From the IMG/VR virus record IMGVR_UViG_3300037067_004891, positions 320,001-384,000 of that record: a stretch of DNA of 64,000 nt; one strand, 5' to 3'. Below, piece after piece: positions 61,101-64,000 of the stretch. The number at the start of each line of letters is the position of its first letter. The stretch's first letter is position 1. The notes below the pieces were generated by a model. That model was not told the DNA's origin and searched no databases. It saw only the letters and a list, made by a program, of their open reading frames with translations. A program made the translations under genes and the position numbers. The DNA comes from a virus (taxonomy: Duplodnaviria; Caudoviricetes).

Positions 61101-63497
61101 ATGAAAATTTTAACTCTGTTAGGAACACGACCTGAAATTATAAGGCTTTCTGTTATTATTAAAAAACTAAATAACATTCTTGGAAAAAATCATGTGGTAG
61201 TTTATTCAAACCAAAACTTTGATTATAAATTAAGTAAAGTTTTTTTTGGAGAACTTGGTTTACTTACTCCAAGTTATTATTTCGGTGATTTAGAAGCCAA
61301 ATCAGTTGGTGAGTTCTTATCTAAAGGTATTGAAAAATTTGAAAATGTTTTAAATCAAGAAAAACCTGATAAGATATTAATTCTCGGTGATACTAACACG
61401 GGTCTACTTGCAATGTTAGCTTCTAAACGTGGGATACCAGTGTATCATATGGAAGCAGGTAATCGTTCTTTTGATAATAGAGTGCCAGAAGAAACAAACC
61501 GAAAAATAATAGATTCTTTCTCCAAAGTAAATTTACCATATACAGAAAATAGTAAACAAAATCTTTTAGCTGAAGGATATCACAAAAATTTTGTGTTTAA
61601 AATTGGTAATCCAATTTATGAAGTATTAAATGAATACGAAGAAGGAATACGAAATAGTATGGTCATTGAAAAATTAAAATTAAAATATTATGAATATGTT
61701 CTTGTAACTGCCCACAGAAGTGAAAACGTAGATGATGATGGTAACCTCATTGAACTATATAACTTTTTAAATGAAATAGCTAAGGATAGAAAGGTTGTGT
61801 TTTCTGTTCATCCAAGAACTAAATCTAAATTGGATAAATTGAATTTAGAATTTAATGATAATATAATATTGTCAGAACCATTTGGATTTTTTGATTTTGT
61901 TAAATTAGAAAAAAATTGTCATGTAGGGATTACTGATTGTTTAAGACCAGATACATTAACTGTATTAGAAAATGGATTAATTAAATCATTTAATGAATTA
62001 AAGACTAATGATTCAATAATAAGTTTGAACAATTGTAACGATATTAAAATAATTGCTACAAAAAATGTCAATAAAAAATATAAAATTACCACTAAATATA
62101 ATGAAATATATTGCAGCGAAAATCATAAATTATTTATACAAAATGGTGATGATATTAAAGAAATAAAAATAAAAAATTTGAAAAAATCGGATAGGTTAGT
62201 ATCATTTTGTAAAATAAACATTAATAATAAAAATAATATTACTTTAAAAGAAATAGAACAACCAGATTACGTTAAAATAACAGATGAAGGAATTTCTTTT
62301 TTAAAAATATATTCAGATGGTAATCCATTAAAAGAGTTTGGTAGATTTAAAACAAATACAATTAGATTAAAGAAGGGGGTTGATTTTAAAAAATTAAAAG
62401 AAGTTTTAGATTATTTAAGTATTGAAATAGATGCTTTTAAAAAATTTATTTACAAAAGTAATCCATCACATAAAAGACAACACAATATAATTCAATCTAA
62501 AATATTAACTAATGAATTAGCAACCATATGTGGGTTTTTATGTGGTGACGGATTAAATAGGAAAAATAAAAACATTTCATTTTTCGATGAAAATGAAGAA
62601 AATCTAATTTTAATCAATGATATAATTAAAAAATTGTTTGGTTTAAGTAGTGAAATAAAATGTGATAAAAGAAGTGTATCTGGAAAATATATAAGATATA
62701 GTTCAAAATCTTTATCTAATTATTTTTCTTTAAATTTTCCAGCAGAATCTGAAAATACTACAACTAATAAAAAAGACATATCAGACATAATATTAATGTC
62801 ATCTAATGAAATAGTGAAACATTATATTAGGGGTTTATTTGAAGCCGAGGGTTTCGTGGGAGACCACCATATTGCTATAACAATGTCTGATAAACCAGTT
62901 ATATATAAGTTAAAATATCTATTATTACGATTTGGTATAATATCTAATATATATGAGTTTGAACCAAGGAGAGATAGGGATAAATCTATTATGTATCAGT
63001 TAGCTATTTATGAAAATGAAAGTAGAAAAATATTTAGAGATGAAATAGGTTTTATATCTTCCTATAAAACCAATAATTTGAATAATTTATTTGAAAAAAT
63101 AGATAGACAAAGTAGACAAAAACCAGTTATAAGATATGATAATATATTTTTTGACTTGATTAGAAATATAGAAATTATAGAAGATGAATATGAATATATT
63201 GACATAAATGTTGAACCAAATAATATTTTTTTAGCAAATGGTCTATTATCCCATAATTCGGGTACTGTACAAGAGGAATTACAAATATTTAAAGTACCAT
63301 CTATCACCATAAGAAACACCACCGAGAGACAAGAAACTATTGAAAATGGTTCTACTATACTAACTGGTATGAATTATAAAAAAATGATAGATGCTTTCAA
63401 TACGATTAAATACATGACTAATAACTGGGATGATATTTCAGATTATACAGTAGAAAATGTGTCTGATAGGGTAATAAAAATATTACTTAGTAGATAA
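61101..63497 (+). CDS. wecB: UDP-N-acetylhexosamine 2-epimerase (WecB/FnlC-like) containing a LAGLIDADG intein
   Basis: GTRPE, LGDTN, HMEAGNRS..PEE.NR, HPRT, TD|SGTVQEE, TERQE; likely start ATG 61101. Confidence 0.9.
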   Translation: MKILTLLGTRPEIIRLSVIIKKLNNILGKNHVVVYSNQNFDYKLSKVFFGELGLLTPSYYFGDLEAKSVGEFLSKGIEKFENVLNQEKPDKILILGDTNTGLLAMLASKRGIPVYHMEAGNRSFDNRVPEETNRKIIDSFSKVNLPYTENSKQNLLAEGYHKNFVFKIGNPIYEVLNEYEEGIRNSMVIEKLKLKYYEYVLVTAHRSENVDDDGNLIELYNFLNEIAKDRKVVFSVHPRTKSKLDKLNLEFNDNIILSEPFGFFDFVKLEKNCHVGITDCLRPDTLTVLENGLIKSFNELKTNDSIISLNNCNDIKIIATKNVNKKYKITTKYNEIYCSENHKLFIQNGDDIKEIKIKNLKKSDRLVSFCKININNKNNITLKEIEQPDYVKITDEGISFLKIYSDGNPLKEFGRFKTNTIRLKKGVDFKKLKEVLDYLSIEIDAFKKFIYKSNPSHKRQHNIIQSKILTNELATICGFLCGDGLNRKNKNISFFDENEENLILINDIIKKLFGLSSEIKCDKRSVSGKYIRYSSKSLSNYFSLNFPAESENTTTNKKDISDIILMSSNEIVKHYIRGLFEAEGFVGDHHIAITMSDKPVIYKLKYLLLRFGIISNIYEFEPRRDRDKSIMYQLAIYENESRKIFRDEIGFISSYKTNNLNNLFEKIDRQSRQKPVIRYDNIFFDLIRNIEIIEDEYEYIDINVEPNNIFLANGLLSHNSGTVQEELQIFKVPSITIRNTTERQETIENGSTILTGMNYKKMIDAFNTIKYMTNNWDDISDYTVENVSDRVIKILLSR
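61938..63257 (+). mobile_element. 440-aa intein with a LAGLIDADG homing endonuclease
   Basis: C1 CLRPDT, block B CSENH, ICGFLCGDG and IRGLFEAEG motifs, terminal LSHN followed by Ser+1. Confidence 0.9.
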
Positions 63498-63792
63498 ATA
63501 TGGATTGTGTTTATATATCTGATGTTTCTTCCGAAGTATATGTATATTGAGAACTTTTAAATTAGATTATTTGAAAAAATAAGACCGTTTGAAGTCAAAA
63601 TGAGATATATTTTTGGATATTAAAAAAGATTAACAGACCTAAGATTGGAGATATTGTTTTTCATAAAGGTAAGATGAATATATTAATACAAGGTGTGAAA
63701 TCTCCATATTGGGATATTTATTTTTCAGATGGACATGAAATACATGATTATACAATAGTTGAACATATACATGAAAATACTATGAAAATAAT

Positions 63793-63969
63793 ATGAAAAT
63801 CGAAGAAAGTGTATTTAACGAATTGACAGAAGATCAACAATGGTATATAACTATATTTTGTAGAGTATTGGATGAATTTGTTAATGAACAGATTATTACC
63901 CCGACCCAAAGTAACCAGATGAAGGATTATATATTGAAAAAAATGTTAAAAAAGCATGAAGTACAATAA
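63793..63969 (+). CDS. Small hypothetical protein (58 aa, not in the ORF track)
   Basis: MKIEESVFNELTEDQQW...KHEVQ*. Confidence 0.45.
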   Translation: MKIEESVFNELTEDQQWYITIFCRVLDEFVNEQIITPTQSNQMKDYILKKMLKKHEVQ

Positions 63970-64000
63970 TTCTAAAAATTTAAAAGTTATAGAAGTATTT

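Noticed and set aside
44022-63497. Bacterial O-antigen or capsule locus
   Set aside because: No flippase, polymerase, exporter or priming transferase; continuous in strand and composition with the phage fibre genes
63500-63796. CDS after wecB
   Set aside because: Frames are interrupted by several stops; no product can be supported
1-64000. tRNA or rRNA genes
   Set aside because: No cloverleaf or rRNA-like GC-rich segments seen by eye

Overview
Very AT-rich, densely coding window in the standard genetic code, most consistent with a large T4-like (jumbo/huge) myovirus genome. Supporting evidence: a UvsW-like helicase next to a UvsY-like gene, a gp14-like neck protein, fibre genes, homing endonucleases and a recurrent TAATATATA promoter-like motif. 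Layout: (i) 1-20 kb is a mixed region with a GIY-YIG endonuclease, a catalytically intact TnpB, a UvsW helicase split into two abutting genes by an apparently natural split intein, a free-standing intein-like fragment, ADP-ribosyltransferase-fold genes and a phosphoribosyltransferase; (ii) 20.6-43.9 kb is a cluster of modular Ser/Thr/Gly-rich virion fibre proteins, interrupted by Hef-like endonucleases and TnpB-less IS200/IS605 mini-elements; (iii) 44.0-63.5 kb is a co-oriented ~20-gene glycan synthesis island (two DUF2827-like genes, many glycosyltransferases, methyl- and sulfotransferases, a split transketolase, epimerases and an intein-containing WecB). The strongest candidate for a new system is a phage-encoded virion-glycosylation pathway in which DUF2827-like enzymes and the island decorate the adjacent SLST-repeat fibres. 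All family calls come from motif recognition by eye; no searches were run.
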